In this document: positions 39,256 to 52,777 of the stretch, piece after piece
Layout of the letters: each line of letters opens with the position of its first letter
Position numbering within the stretch: the first letter of the stretch is position 1
Assembly: GCF_000497125.1 (NCBI RefSeq)
Contig: NC_090601.1
Location: 372,001 to 436,000, forward strand
Source of the DNA: Spironucleus salmonicida
Lineage: Eukaryota
Length of the DNA: 64,000 nt
Reading direction: 5' to 3'
The notes under the pieces: generated by a model
Seen by the model: the letters and a program-made list of their open reading frames with translations, nothing else
The model's database searches: none
Told to the model about the DNA's origin: nothing
Position numbers and translations under genes: made by a program

Positions 39256-40239
39256 TCATTCTAACAGTTTATTAACCTAACTGGTGTTATCAAAATCGTC
39301 CTATTCTTTTTACTCTTCCTATTATTGGACTTCATTATTTTAATCATCAAATTTTTCCTCTTTCTCTTCTTCTTCTTCTTTTTACATTTCGTTCCTTATA
39401 TCAAACATATCATCATTTTCTATCTTTTATTATCCACTTCCCTAGCTTTTACCTTCAATTCTATTACCAAATTCAATAGTATCTCCATAATAATCACCTT
39501 AAATATCTACCTGTGGCTGGTCTGCAAACACATCAAATCCATCTCCATCGTTTTATTCGCCTTCGAAGTATTCAATTTCTTCAATTTCTCGCTTTTCGCG
39601 GCCTCCATATCCACCTAAAACCTTTATAATTTCTGGCAAAACAGCAGGTTTTGTTATTTTTCCAGCTGCATAAATCTGCTGTTATTTAAACTCTGATCCT
39701 TAAGCAGCCGCGTTGTAGACAGGTTTAATGTTTGGATTTGGTACTTTCTTGGATCTAATTTTACCTATTTCTGGTACTGATCTCATAGCTAAATCATATG
39801 AAAATCTATCTCCTGTGGCTTCTTAGTAAGCTCTCAATGCATCTGAATTTGGTACAGCCATAGAAGTTCGAATTTTTCTAATGTAAGTTTCATGTAGCGC
39901 CATCTACTCTTGTTCTTATAGCATTTTTGTTGAAATACGATTAGCAGGAAGCTCAAAATGCTTTAAATTTTCTTAGCAATAACCTCCTTTGCTATCGAAT
40001 GTTTTACGCATTTAGTTAAATATTTTAACATTTTATCCATCAATAGATTTCTAGCGCTCGCGTTATTATAGAGCACCACCACCAGTAAAACGTGATAGAT
40101 GTGTGCATTTCCTGGGAGCAGAGCAGTCAACTGTGGCTTTTATTTATGATTTTGCGCGTTTATGTTTTAAGTCCATCTCTTTTTATAATTTATCTGCTAT
40201 GTGCTACTTTGGGGGATGAAGGAGATATGCGCGGTACAT
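39256..40239 (-). CDS. CFAP97D/KIAA1430 (Hemingway)-domain-like protein with acidic tail (327 aa)
   Basis: MYRAYL...HKRAKSQIKATVDCSAPRKCTHL...QQRERQKSIDGQNVKIFNQM resembles the CFAP97D1/2 N-terminus as recalled; C-rich element before ATG. Confidence 0.7.
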
Positions 40240-40560
40240 TTGGAGGGGTAGGGAACAGGGCCAGCTTATACCTTGGATATAATATTATGTAAATATATTA
40301 TTATTTACATTCTATTATAAATTATAACTATATAATATTATAAACTTATTTATAATATTATAAATGAATATTTATGTATTGCTTATAATATACCAATACA
40401 TGAATTTAATTGTTTAGAATAACACAGGCTAGTATTTTCAATGTTAAATAATAATAAAGCATAATACTAACTTAAAAGTAGAATTAAGCAAATTTTATAT
40501 AATATTAAAATAGTATCAGCTTGTTTGTTAATGAATAAATTTAATTCTGACTCAAACATA

Positions 40561-40926
40561 ATGAGGAAAATTCGTTAGCTGTCATTGGATAACTTAGACC
40601 CACCTACCAATAGTTCTATAACTATTAAACAGTCACGACATTATTAAATGCGGCCTAAATCTAGAGGATGGGATATACCTAAATTATTGAAACCATATTC
40701 GGTTGAAGTGGTTAAACCTAGGGTTACAAATATGTAAAAGGATTTTCTAAAGAGATCATAGACAATAGAATAAGAAAATAAGCTACTTATTCGATCCATT
40801 TCAGCAAGTATGAGTATTGACGATATGCTTAGGGGCTATACTCCTGATGTTAAGCTGACATAAAAAGAAATATAGGCAGCAAAAGCTATAATTGATAAAA
40901 AATAAGTAAAATAGTGGATTAAGTGA
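40561..40926 (+). CDS. Hypothetical protein (~121 aa; alternative in-frame starts at 40441 and 40531)
   Basis: MRKIRQLSLDNLDPP...KQWIK*, ends AAGTGA. Confidence 0.65.
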
Positions 40927-40929
40927 TAT

Positions 40930-42198
40930 TCATGCTTTGTCAGTTCGATGATTTATTTTTGGTATATATTATTTTTCAATCTCCTCGGCCGTCCTTTAAA
41001 ATGTTTCTGGTAACAATATCAACGCAACTGTCCCAAAAAATCCTGTAAATATAAAATAAACACAGTATGCAGTCCAAACTTAAGGATAAAGTGGGAACAC
41101 AAGCGTAACACTAATGTTAACTACCCAATTTACAGTAAACGCTAGTGAAGTTAATTTTGGTCCAAAGTTCTATGGGAAAATTTCACCCCAAAGCATTAAG
41201 ACTATAGGGCCTGGTCCAATCTGATAAAAAATAATAAACATAATAACAACAGTTATTTACAACCAACTAATATCATACTTAAATGCAAAAATTAAAATAA
41301 AATTAGAAACAACACACCCATATAAACCAATTGCAAGCAGTATTTTTCGTCTCAATCGATTAATAATTGGCATAGCAGATATTGTTGCAATTATTTTAAC
41401 AACACCTATCACTATAGCCCCAAGAGAAGAATTATTGGGGAATGAACTTGCTAATATTTGAGAAGCATAAGCTAAAATAGAATTAATGCCAGTAGTAAGT
41501 TATGCAGCTGATAATGTTATAGTAACAATTACTAGTCTCCATATTGGAAATTTAACAGCTACTTGCTAAATTATCTCTTAAACAGTATATTCTACTTTTT
41601 GTTCAGCTGTAGGCTGGGCAGCTTCTAAGTCTTTATCCGCTATTTATACGTTTGTTTTTTCAGATGCTTTTAATTTAATAAAAAACGTAGAGATAAAAGT
41701 TAAAATATTACTGGATAAAATAAAACAGTTGGTTGATGCCCAATATGGCGTAAGATTTAGCAAATATCCTACTACGATTCCGACATTAAGGTTAATCGAA
41801 AATACTGTTTATACTAAAGTTTTATATTTCATTATCGTATTATCATTAATAAATTTCGGCATTAACATAAATTATGATGCAATAGTAGTTGAAGTTAAAG
41901 CTCTACAGAATACCAAAAAAACTAGATGCACAGGAATAATAGTTAATACCAAAAAGAAAACTACACACATTGAAAGAATTCTAGTTGAAACTATAGTTCC
42001 TAACCGCTTTTAATAGAAAACTGTAGTTGCTGATCCTAGCATTCCTCCCATTGCTGCGGAGGCACCTAAAAATGATTTATATGTTGGTGTAATAGTTTAG
42101 CCAACTAATTTTGCGTATTTATTCATTGATTCAACTGAAAGTGAAGTAAGAAGGGCTCCTTATGAGATAGAACTTAACGCAGTCATCATATGCTGCAT
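40930..42198 (-). CDS. MFS sugar porter (GLUT/hexose transporter-like, 422 aa)
   Basis: QLTTGINSILAYA, IGPGPIVLMLWGEIFP, VNWVVN, LPET motifs; many hydrophobic helices. Confidence 0.9.
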
Positions 42199-42783
42199 TT
42201 AAGTATTCTTATAGTTATATTATTAAATAAATATAATTAACATATATTTTAAAAATACTCTCTCTCTCATTATATTTAATTATATAAGAGTTATTATCTG
42301 GGCGTTGAGTATTTAATACTATTAATCCGCAGTATGGTAATGGGAGTCTCATCATCTATACTTAAAGTACAATTACCTTATAGTCTCTGGGTATATTAAT
42401 TATTCATATTTATTAATTTAAAGTATATTAAATAGTAAAATTAATATATAACAAGATTGCCAGGTAAAACCTATAATAAACATAAAACATCAATATATTA
42501 CCTAATGTAGTACAGCTGATAAAAGTTAATAAATAAAAACTATTAAGATAATTTAAGAATCAATTAAGAAGCATATGAAAACTAATATTATAGATATACA
42601 TCTATTTAATGTATATTTTTATATTTCAAAGTAATTAATTATATTCACATTATCATAACTTGTAGTAAGAATGCCATACTTTCATAAAATAGATCATTTA
42701 ATAGTGTATTTGGCAGCAAAAAAGAGTATTCATACTTCTAAATTAATATTCTAACATATAAACCATTTATCAATATCCTCCAA

Positions 42784-44841
42784 TCACTCCCTCCAGTCGT
42801 ACATTTCGTCCTCCATTCCCTCTCCGTCACCAATTCCCCCATTCTCTCCTTCCATTCCTTCCTCTCCACCTTCCACACCAATAGTAATCCGTTCAGGCTC
42901 GTCAAGTCCCATTGGTTCTAAATTCATGCGCAGGTTTAATTCGGCCTCTTGTTCCGCAATTTCTTAGTGGATCGCTCTGGGAACACCATTTCTACCTGGG
43001 AACTCGACTTGTAACTCTAAAGCGTCCATTATAAATCGCTTGTTCACCTCTTTCTTTTCGATAATTTTTCTGAATTCACGCGCCTCATCGTCGTAAGTGA
43101 TCATAGCGCTAATTTTTTTGAAATGGAAAGGTGGAATTAGAAGAGTTGCTATTTGCTTAAAAAGAGAGCTTTCCTGGTCGAAGCGACGTCGTTACTCCAC
43201 AATTTCGTCGATTTTGGCTGAATTCTGCATCTTTTCGTCATCAATATCCTATTCAATCTAGCGAATTTCAGTCTTTTTACCTTCTATTTACCGCTTTAAT
43301 TCCTCGATTTACTATTCTTACGTGAAAGTATTTTAAATGGTCTTTTAAGACTATTCCTACCTCTTTTATAATTCTCGTTGAATAATATTCTCTCTCTCCT
43401 TTCTCTCTGCTATTTTTGCTCTAGCTTCGCGCAGTTTTCTCTCTGTTTCTCGCTACTGTGTTTCCAAATTATCTGAAGAAACTATTTCGCTTTTAATGCT
43501 AAGCAGCTCCTCTTTCAACTTGATCAAATCCTCTTTACTAAGTTGCTAATCGTCACTAGGTGTTAAATTTTCTAAACTTTCTTTCTATCTTTACAACTAA
43601 TTCAACTTTTCTAGTTATTCTGTATCACCTTCAATCTCAATAATCTCCTCTACTATTTCTTCTACCTCATCGCAATTATCGACTCCTTCCTTAATTTACT
43701 GAATTTTCTTGAACAAATTTTTGACTTTCTTGCTTTTCTCACGTGTCATTTCTCCCGAACTAGCCTCCTAAATAGCTTTGGTGAGTTCGGCAATTCTATC
43801 TCTCATGATACGAATTTGGGCATCTTTAGGGTCTTCATTAATAACAGCCTTATTGGTGATTTTCTTTGCCTGATCAGCATATCTTAATGTAGAAAGTGTC
43901 TCCTCATAATTCGTACTAGCAGGATTCAAATTTGCCACCATCAACGTCTTACTGTTTCCACCTAAGGATTCCTATAATAAACGTGTTAAGATACTATCTC
44001 GATATGGGATGTGTGGTGAATTTTACACGAGCTTTTAAATAACTATTCCAAGTGTACTAAGACTTAGATTGATAGAATTTGCCTCCTAAAGCCTTTTACC
44101 TTCTGCACCAGTCTTACCCTGCCGCTCTGAACCAGCTAAATCAACTAGATTGAGCTTTCCGCATCGTACTGTTTCTTTGTCACTAATTGTCTCTAAACGC
44201 TCAACACGTACCATAAAAATACTATGGGAACGGCTACTCGTTGCGTTCATTTTAGTAGCCGCTACAGTTCTGTGTGATGTTCCTTAGTCCATAATTTGTA
44301 TTATTTCTTTTTCAGATTTAACTGGAAAAGACTTTAATCCTTCAATATATATTCCCTTTTTAGGGTTTTCACGTACTGCTAATTTAGCCTTACCAGTCAT
44401 CAGATCACGTACTTCTTCATTATAAATTTCTATAAAAGAAGCAGAAACAAGAAATTCTGTGTTAGGTATTGTTGACATAGTGTCAAACAGATATTAGAAA
44501 GAATTTGGGATACATCCAGGGTTTTCTGAAACCCCTGACATTGTGAAGGTTTTCCCTGATCCAGTCTAACCGTATGCAAAAATACAAGCATTATATCCTT
44601 CAAGAACCTATGATACTAGAGGTCTAAATGATATATTAAAAATATCAATGTTTTTCGATTCTGTACCGTAAACTGCATCAAAAGTGAAGGAACGGGCTTG
44701 CTTTTAAATATTTGCTGGAGGTGTTATTTTTATCTGTGCTAACTCATTATTAGTTTCAATAACATTTGATGCGCCTTCGTTAGCCTCTTTCTAGTTAAAG
44801 GGACGGCATCTTATAACAACTTTAACTGTATCGTCAGGCAT
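42784..44841 (-). CDS. Kinesin-2 motor subunit (685 aa)
   Basis: [40 protein letters not shown], and kinesin-2 neck [11 protein letters not shown]; coiled-coil stalk. Confidence 0.93.
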
Positions 44842-44848
44842 TGAATTT

Positions 44849-44856
44849 GGAGTGGG
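44849..44856 (-). promoter_or_regulatory. C-rich start-proximal motif CCCACTCC (representative instance)
   Basis: 7 nt upstream of the kinesin ATG; similar CCAYTCC at 15679, 38425 and 60217, each before an ATG. Confidence 0.55.
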
Positions 44857-45074
44857 ACTATTTATATAATAATAATGATAATAAAATATTTTCTGATATA
44901 AATTTTATAATAAAAAGGTCGATTATAATAATTGGTATAGTATGTTAATTTATTTTTAAATGCTAATTTGGAATGAAGCATTTACTTATTAAAGAGGAGA
45001 TTATATGAATAATAATTACACTACTCTGCAGATATAACATCATTAAGTAATTAGTAATGTTTAAATAATAAAAA

Positions 45075-45620
45075 TCAGTCAAGATAGTTATAAAAATCAG
45101 AAAAACTGTTACTATCGATAATGAAAGGATATGGTGAAACTGATTTGTCTTACTATTAAAACTGAGTATTGATAGTATTAAGAAAAGGTGTTGGGACTTT
45201 ATTCCTCTCAGCTTCAAAAATAAGTTTATTTTATTTTGCTAATTTATTTTCATGTAAGCTATGATTTTTAATAGTACACACCATTTGTGTATCAATATAG
45301 TCAATAAAATCTTCAGCTGTTATTCCTAGCCTTTGTTATAATTTATAAAAATGCACTTAGCACTAACTTGGATTTCGAGTTGTTAATTCATTAGATATTT
45401 CAACCCAGTGTCCAATACCAAATTTCTTAATACCTTCAATGAAAATTTTATGCTCCTAAGGGTGCCATGCCCCTTTATTATAATGAGAAAATGTTTTAGG
45501 CCGTATCTTCGAATGAAATCTACAATATCTAGTGTTTTTACACGGTCCTTATAAGGTAGGATATCCACAAATTTTTTAATTATTTCCATTGTAGATTGGT
45601 TGATTTTAATCTAATTCCAT
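45075..45620 (-). CDS. Myb/SANT-domain protein with N-terminal CCCH-type motif (181 aa)
   Basis: CGYPTLQGPCKNTRYCRFH, then KGAWHPQEHKIFIEGIKKFGIGHWVEISNELTTRNPSQCQVHFYK. Confidence 0.88.
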
Positions 45621-45683
45621 TGTTATAAGAACATTTTGAGATGTAAATCTCCATTATGTAATAATATATATACAATAATACGA

Positions 45684-45851
45684 TCAGTGATACTTCTTAA
45701 TCGTCCTTATAGTTGATGTCCTAGCCATGCTAAGAGGTACTCCCTGATCTGCATTTGTCAAATTTGAAGGCCCATAGTTTATTGGTATAAAGGTTCCCAT
45801 AGCATTTCTATATTCGAACTGAGGTAAACACTTGTGATACGGGCCGTACAT
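45684..45851 (-). CDS. Small ORF (55 aa)
   Basis: MYGPYHKCLPQFEYRNAMGTFIPINYGPSNLTNADQGVPLSMARTSTIRTIKKYH*; higher GC than its flanks. Confidence 0.5.
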   Translation of the reverse strand: MYGPYHKCLPQFEYRNAMGTFIPINYGPSNLTNADQGVPLSMARTSTIRTIKKYH

Positions 45852-46046
45852 CTTAATGGAAATAGATTTAGTGGCAATTGTTTTATTTATTCCTCAAAGT
45901 AATTATAGAAATAGTTTTTCAAAAATAGTTTCATTTTATTATTATAAAATAATTATATTAATTTTACAATACCTTCCAAATTTATACAAATTTGTTACAT
46001 TATTATTATATATTAATATATATTATATTAATTTTTACGCTTTCTA

Positions 46047-46379
46047 ATGTCCTAACGCGTTAACAAGGAAAAAGTGAAATGTGCAATAGCTACCACCGGT
46101 ACAGTTATAGCAACCACACTAGTAGTATCATCTATGCTACACTCCTTCCTTTGTACTGAGGAAAAACCCTGTTTTGTATGCAGAAAAATAACAGCTTTCA
46201 AAGCATCCCGCGCTGTCCAGAAAACACTTAATGAGGCAGCAGATGCGTTAGAGGCTGAAAGTTTTGCTCCAACTACTGATGCAGCGCAGGCTCCTACTTA
46301 AACAGTCGCAGGTAGGGTCACAATCGGAGCAGTAGATCTCGATAGTGAGATGCAAAACCTTGAAAATATTGATCAGTGA
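46047..46379 (+). CDS. Hypothetical small protein with one hydrophobic segment (110 aa)
   Basis: MSQRVNKEKVKCAIATTGTVIATTLVVSSML...ENIDQ*, ends CAGTGA. Confidence 0.7.
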
Positions 46380-46387
46380 GATAATTG

Positions 46388-47623
46388 TCACTTCATTCTT
46401 GCTACTGCAGACAGCTCGTCTGTCCGTGCTTTCTGTACTTGCAGGTCATTTATAATCTGAGAAATCGCCTCTGCAGTACATTGAGAAAAATGCAAGAAGT
46501 AATCGTAAATGCACGTTTATTTTGTGCTATGTTTAGGAGTTTTCAACGTTGAAAAAGTGTTTTCATATTGAAAAATCGGTTTAATGTTTACATTTTAGGA
46601 GGAAACTGGTTCTTCAACTTCGTGGATCTCATTAAAAATAAGGAGTTCCTTGTTAGACTTTATCGGATCCGTAGTGATTGAATTATCGAAATTGACGTAT
46701 TCAACGCTGCAAAGTTAGTTACTAGATTTACGCTATACAACACTTCCCAATGGCTCTGAAATACTTGAAACGTCATTCTCAAACTCGCTGAGCTCTGAAA
46801 ATTCGAAAATATCAATCGTTCCAGTGTAGATGTATAATTTATTTTCGTTAAATAATACGCTTGGTGTGCAACTGTTTTGAATTGCGCTTAAGTGTCTTAA
46901 TTTTAATGTTTACAAGTTAAATTGGTATAGAACACCTTTAGTAGCCACTAAAATACTTCCATATACGTCACAACCTACAAGGTTACTTTACGGCTTAATT
47001 TCTCCAAGTTTTTACCAATTCTACTTTTCATCAAATGCCCAGACATCACCAAGTTCCAAATTTTCGCACCGGCCACCAATGAGGATAATTCGATTTTTAT
47101 AAGTGAAAAATGCGAAGAAGCAGCGTTTTTCTGGTGTTTTTATATTTATTTTTGTCCAAATATTTGTTACAAAATCGAATTTCCAGAAGTCGTTATATAA
47201 CTTACCAGGCGCTTTTCCGCCGAAAATGTACATTTTATTTTCCAAAACAGCAGCTCCGTGACCATATCTCGCCGGTGGTTAAATATCACTATTTATCAGA
47301 ATGTAGTCAGTTTCAAACCGGTAGAGGTTATCTTGTGCGGTTCCTTAAGCATCGCCACCGAAAATGTAAGGTTTACCGTTGTAGTTAACAACAGAATGTG
47401 CACGAAGTGGTTGCTGGTGCTGAACTTCAAGATTTACCAATTTGGTTTATAACAGAATTTGTGTTGTATTCACATATTTCTGAGAAAACCCACCATAAGT
47501 GAAAATTTAGCTTCCAGATTAAAATATAGAACCTGATTAGATTTGCCCTCCCATTAATTTTTGGTGATCTTCAATTTGCAGCTGTTTACTATCTGTTGAA
47601 ACATCACCTAAGAAGCTAGACAT
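46388..47623 (-). CDS. Kelch-repeat protein (~411 aa; alternative start 47638)
   Basis: Repeated IFTYGG/YIFGG/ILIGG, PPARYGHGAAV, NDFWKFDF...W motifs. Confidence 0.88.
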
Positions 47624-48129
47624 TTTGTATTTTCGCATATTAAATATTTTAGGCTCAAAAGTTTATCTATACCATTTCTAAATATCTTTATAACCGGTTG
47701 ATGATTTAGCCTTATTCCAATCAATCTAGACTTCCATACTCTCTTTTTACAATAAAGAATAATTCTCTAACAGCTATGAGAAAGTGTAATCAGATTAAGC
47801 TGCAACTTATTTTCCTATTTCATAGATAAGAATATCTTAATTTACATTCATTTATGAAGTTTGTAGAGTATAGTTAATTACAGAGCATGATGTAATACTT
47901 TGCTAAAATCATATATAAAATTGTTATTTATAACTGTACTAGAATATAAGTATATAATATTATACTAAATATACAGTGTACTATAAAATGTATACACCAT
48001 TTAAAGATTGAATTACAATTAAAATTTCAGTGCAATTAATAGACAGTCACCAATTAATATTTGATTTAAATAAGCTAGTGAGGTTATAGTTAATCACAAA
48101 CTTTTTGTAGACCTCAGAATCTTGGCTAA

Positions 48130-48264
48130 TCATTCTAGGCTAAAATTATCACCAAAGCTTAGCTCCTCAATAGTCTCATCTTCAGAATCAGATGCACGTG
48201 CAAATTCTATATAATCATACGCATTCATAGTTGTAAGAGCAGATGAATGTTAAACTCTTAGCAT
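48130..48264 (-). CDS. Small acidic ORF (44 aa)
   Basis: MLRVQHSSALTTMNAYDYIEFARASDSEDETIEELSFGDNFSLE*. Confidence 0.4.
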
Positions 48265-49201
48265 TTTAAAAAACAAAGTAGAATTTTTGTCAATAACTTT
48301 ATTTGGATTAATATATTATAATAGCTTATGAAAATTAATTTTAGATATAAGTTAGAATCTAATTCTAAAATATATTAGTATACTATTCTATTGATTTAAA
48401 AACTAAAATTTAATGAGTTGTAAGGAGTTAAAAAATTTAATAAAATATCTGAAAAACATACTGAGTTCTTAAATCGGAGTTATACTATAATATTAAGTAG
48501 ATACAAAACTTTAGGATATGTGAATCTCAGATACTGATAATTATATTCCTATTTCATGATATTACTGTTCTCTACAAAAAAAATAATTTCATCGATTTAT
48601 TTGTTTTGTATTTTTTTATTGTTTAGGAAATACAAAATATAGTTAATTCGATTAATTGTTTTACTCTGATACTAAATATATACTCGTATCTTAAATCCTT
48701 TCCTATTTTTGTAAAATCCCTCAATTCCAATTCTGATAATAATAATCAATTATATGTTAATTAAGTAAATTGTCTTTGTTTATTTGGATTTTTTTTGAAA
48801 TTCCTGATGGATTAAAGTTTAACACTCATTCAAATAACATTATAAAATAAAAGTATTATAAATTAATAATCACTACCTAATGTAAACATCTATACATTGA
48901 ACCTTTAAATTATACTTATAATATGATTTAATACTTTCAATTGATTAACTGATTGACTATTTTTGACTGACTAGAAAATAAAGTTTGTTATTTAATAATA
49001 TAATTATCTGTATAACAAATTTGTTGATAGTATGAAAAGTTTTAAAGCTAGAATAACTTTAATAACATTAGTAAATAATTACAGTATTATTAAGTTTGAG
49101 AAGAATAAAGTGCATTTTTAATCAATGTCATTAATTTTTTAGACATGCCTTAGTCAAAAATAAATAGAACGACATAAAAATTTCTCTACAAATGTATTCA
49201 T

Positions 49202-49750
49202 TCACACTCTATGCTCTTTGTTTTTTCCACCAGCCCAATCACTATCTATAAGTGTAACATCTCTTCCCCACTTTGGCCTACCTTTAATAACTTTTGCGGG
49301 TGAAACTTTATGCGAAAAAACTCGGTTTGTTGCAGTATTCAAAAGATTAGTTGTATTTAATGATATTCGTTTAGGGCTGCTTCTAGACATAACCCGTGAT
49401 TAAGCAATGGGAGAAGATGGTACTCCCATATTATATGTTTCCTAGAAAACACTTTTTAATCCTGATAAAAGCTAGACATACCCGCGTTCTTTAGCGAACC
49501 CTGAACTTTTATCCCTACATTTTGCTTCTAAATCTATGATCGCTTGATCATCTGCTGGAGTTCTCAACTGCATATAAGGTGGCGGAGGCTTATATGCTGA
49601 AAAAGGCCCTTTGATAAACTTAAGCTACTCATAAACTGGTATCTTTGGAATAATTTAGCCGGCGTCACAATATGTTATATCAAATTTCTTAGCAGTAATC
49701 CCCATAGGTCTAGCCGTCAGCTACACCTTATATCGATATTTCAATTCCAT
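49202..49750 (-). CDS. Hypothetical protein (182 aa)
   Basis: MELKYRYKVQLTARPMG...KNKEHRV*, extends the track fragment through TAA/TAG. Confidence 0.75.
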
Positions 49751-49804
49751 TTAAACTGTTTTCAAGTAATTTATTTAATTTATATAATAATTAAATATGT
49801 TAAA

Positions 49805-50167
49805 ATGAACAATTTGTTTCGTAGTTTCAGTTACCTCTAAAATAGATACGACCGTAAATTTCCAGTTCACTATCCACAGTAGCTTCTAGTAACTTAACTC
49901 ATGGAAGAGCAGAATGCTGCAGACACTGAGCAGGTTGAACTTGAAGACAAGAAGATCATTCAGGCGAACTATCGCAGGTACGGCGTTATCAGACGCCCGC
50001 ATCAGGAAAAACTAGAGATTGATGAGGACATCTTTTTTGATCTCGATGGTATCGATACAAATCAGGCACAACCCCGCGACCTAGACTTCATCAACGCGCA
50101 GTTCGTGCGTAACAACCGGCTGTAGATAGAGCGGCGGCGGTACCGCAGGGGCGGGGTACCGGAGTGA
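49805..50167 (+). CDS. Hypothetical protein (120 aa); its 3' end lies inside IR2
   Basis: MNNLFRSFSYLQNRYDRK...RRGGVPE*, ends GAGTGA. Confidence 0.7.
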
Positions 50168-50173
50168 GCAGTT

Positions 50174-51388
50174 TCATCCCCATCCGAATGACGTGTTTGC
50201 GAGCTTGTTGCTGAGCTGGAATGTGTGGTTCTGGATCCGCTCTGCACGCTGCTGCCGCTAGGCACGGTGGTGCTTCATGGACAGGAACACTATATAGGCA
50301 ACCCATACCGCGGTCAGCGCAAGGAACACAAATTCAGTGTTCGTGATGGTGTGTTGCTCTGCATGGCAGCCGCCGCCCCGGTTCGTGAACTTCGGACCGC
50401 AGATGCGGCAGCGGCCATCCGCATAGCACAGATTGCAGTTTGATGCGTGACACTGTAAAGGCTAGCATCCAATCAGCGTCATCTCAAAGCCGAAGAGACA
50501 CTTCTGACAGTTGGAGTGTTCGTCGCAGCTTGCGCAGTTTTGGCGACTGATACAGACGCACACGCCGCCGAGCAGCTAGCTTCCAGTTCCGCATTGAGAG
50601 CAGATGGTATCTGCGCCCAATATGCAGTTCTGTACCAACGGTGCGCCGCAAATACCGCGCGTGCCAGCTTGCCCAGACTCACAATTTCCACAAATAGTTG
50701 GATCCACATCGTCACAAAACAGGCAGTCCCGGGTGTCACAGGAGCCGCACGTGAGACCGTTCTAAGTTGGAATACCGCTGGTGCATGCAATGCAGCGGTT
50801 GTCCTCGCATAGCGTGCAGTGGGGAATGGTCTAGCAGGCGCTCGAGACACAGGAGTCTCCCGATATTGAAACCGAAAGTGAGCCACAGAGCAGGCACATT
50901 CCATTTACTAAAGCGAAGCCCTATTTGCATGCGGAGCAGTGGCGTGTAAAAATATCGCACTGGGCACAGTAGGGAATGTTGGCACAGTCACGCGAGCAGG
51001 CGTGATCTGGCGTTGGCAAATAAGTAGAATGGCATTCCTGACAGATTTTGGTGTTTCCAGAGATAGTACAGGCGAGACACCCGCGAGGGCAATCGCAGTT
51101 ATTGTGTGAAAGAAAGTATCCAGCAGCGCACTGCATGCATATATCGGGTACGTTAGCTATCCGACAGTTTATACCACTATATGCGATACAGGTATTTGAG
51201 TCCTCGTTGGTGACGAACCCTGGTATGCAGCGCGCACAAAGCTTGCCTTAGATAGGCTTACAGATTGCACAGTTCTCAACACTACTACAAGATCCACATG
51301 ATGTATGGTATAGATCTGGTAGGAAACCGGGCATGCACTTGAGGCAGACTGGAGTTTCGGGATGTTCGATTAGACAGTTGGTTATCAT
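50174..51388 (-). CDS. Cysteine-rich (CxxC) membrane protein, copy 1 (404 aa)
   Basis: Mirror of 60227-61441. Confidence 0.85.
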
Positions 51389-51917
51389 TTAGGAATGGAA
51401 ATCATTCAGACTGATGAACGTAGTTCCGTATCCAACCGGTGAAGGAGATTGGGAGGTTACGTTGGATGTACTGCGGCGTGGATATATAGTTCGTATCTGC
51501 GGTGATGGTTTTGGTAAGATCTGAGAAGGCTAGGACGTCGGTACTGAAGGGGTGTTCCCGGTACATTATCTGTGGTAACATCTCTTATATTATGTTTACT
51601 TAGGGGTGAGCCCATCTGGTCCTGCTCGCGGGTGGAGTAACAGTGATCGTTTCTGATATGACATTCGTATACACTGAATAAGTTTTGCTTCATTCCTGTA
51701 CATAATAATATATGATCAAGTTATTTATGAAAAAATCTATTAACTACCTCACCATAATATATTTATAACATTGAATGAAAAACAGGACCTTTACCCAACA
51801 TTGCGAATACTGCCTAATAGATCTAAAGCTATTTCCCTTCCTATTTATAACTTATGATCTGAATGACCATATTAATATATTAATATTCAGTATGTGGTTT
51901 CTACGTATATCTTACAA

Positions 51918-52088
51918 ATGAAGCTTGACTCGGCAAGGCTAAGATAGAAGCTACTTGCAATCAAAAGTAACGAAGCACTGCCACCAAAGCAGTCAATTGA
52001 GGAGGCCCAGCTTCCAATATTATAAACCAATGATAGCTACGAATAGGACTCGTTCGAATTGTCTATGACTTGTATTGAAGGAAAGTGA
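51918..52088 (+). CDS. Small ORF (56 aa), copy 1
   Basis: MKLDSARLRQKLLAIKSNEALPPKQSIEEAQLPILQTNDSYEQDSFELSMTCIEGK*, ends AAGTGA. Confidence 0.55.
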
Positions 52089-52777
52089 GTATATATAATA
52101 TAAAACTATCCTCAGCCAACCAGTTCTTTAAATTGCTGCGGTATCACACTTATAATCGCCCATTAACTAGGTAGCTGGCTTAATATCTGGTAACTCCGCT
52201 GCATGGGAAGCGAAGTATTATTTAAGGTTATGCGATGGAATTTCATATTTTAGATGGTTACACAAGTTTGAAGCGTTTAGTCGATAAAAGCTCTAGTCAG
52301 ACTAAGCAGAAGGAAGTACATAATGGAAGATTTTAAACACGAATATACTTCTTAAATATATTGCACCTCATTATACTTACTAGTCGTGCAGTCGTGTCAA
52401 GGACCAGATAACTGCGGAGATATTACCTTCTTTGAAAATGTATATAATTTCTCTATTATTATCCTAATGTTCAACATTTGCACAGAAACAGCCGAATATC
52501 TATTCCACGAAAATTGTTCTGTATCAGCTTACTACTCTATATAATAAATATTTAGTATTTGGAGGGTTATATTATTTGCTCTCAGTGTATTTTAATCTAG
52601 AAAATACCCCATTGAAAGTCACGAGCTGCATATGAAACACTATACGCTACAAAATCTGCAGTCATTAGTCCCGATCCCTATTTATGTGATACGTATGGGT
52701 GTTTATCAGTCAGCCCTCAGCATGCACATTTATCTAATTCTATAAAAAACCAAGTGTAAAGTAAGTAATCATATTTC

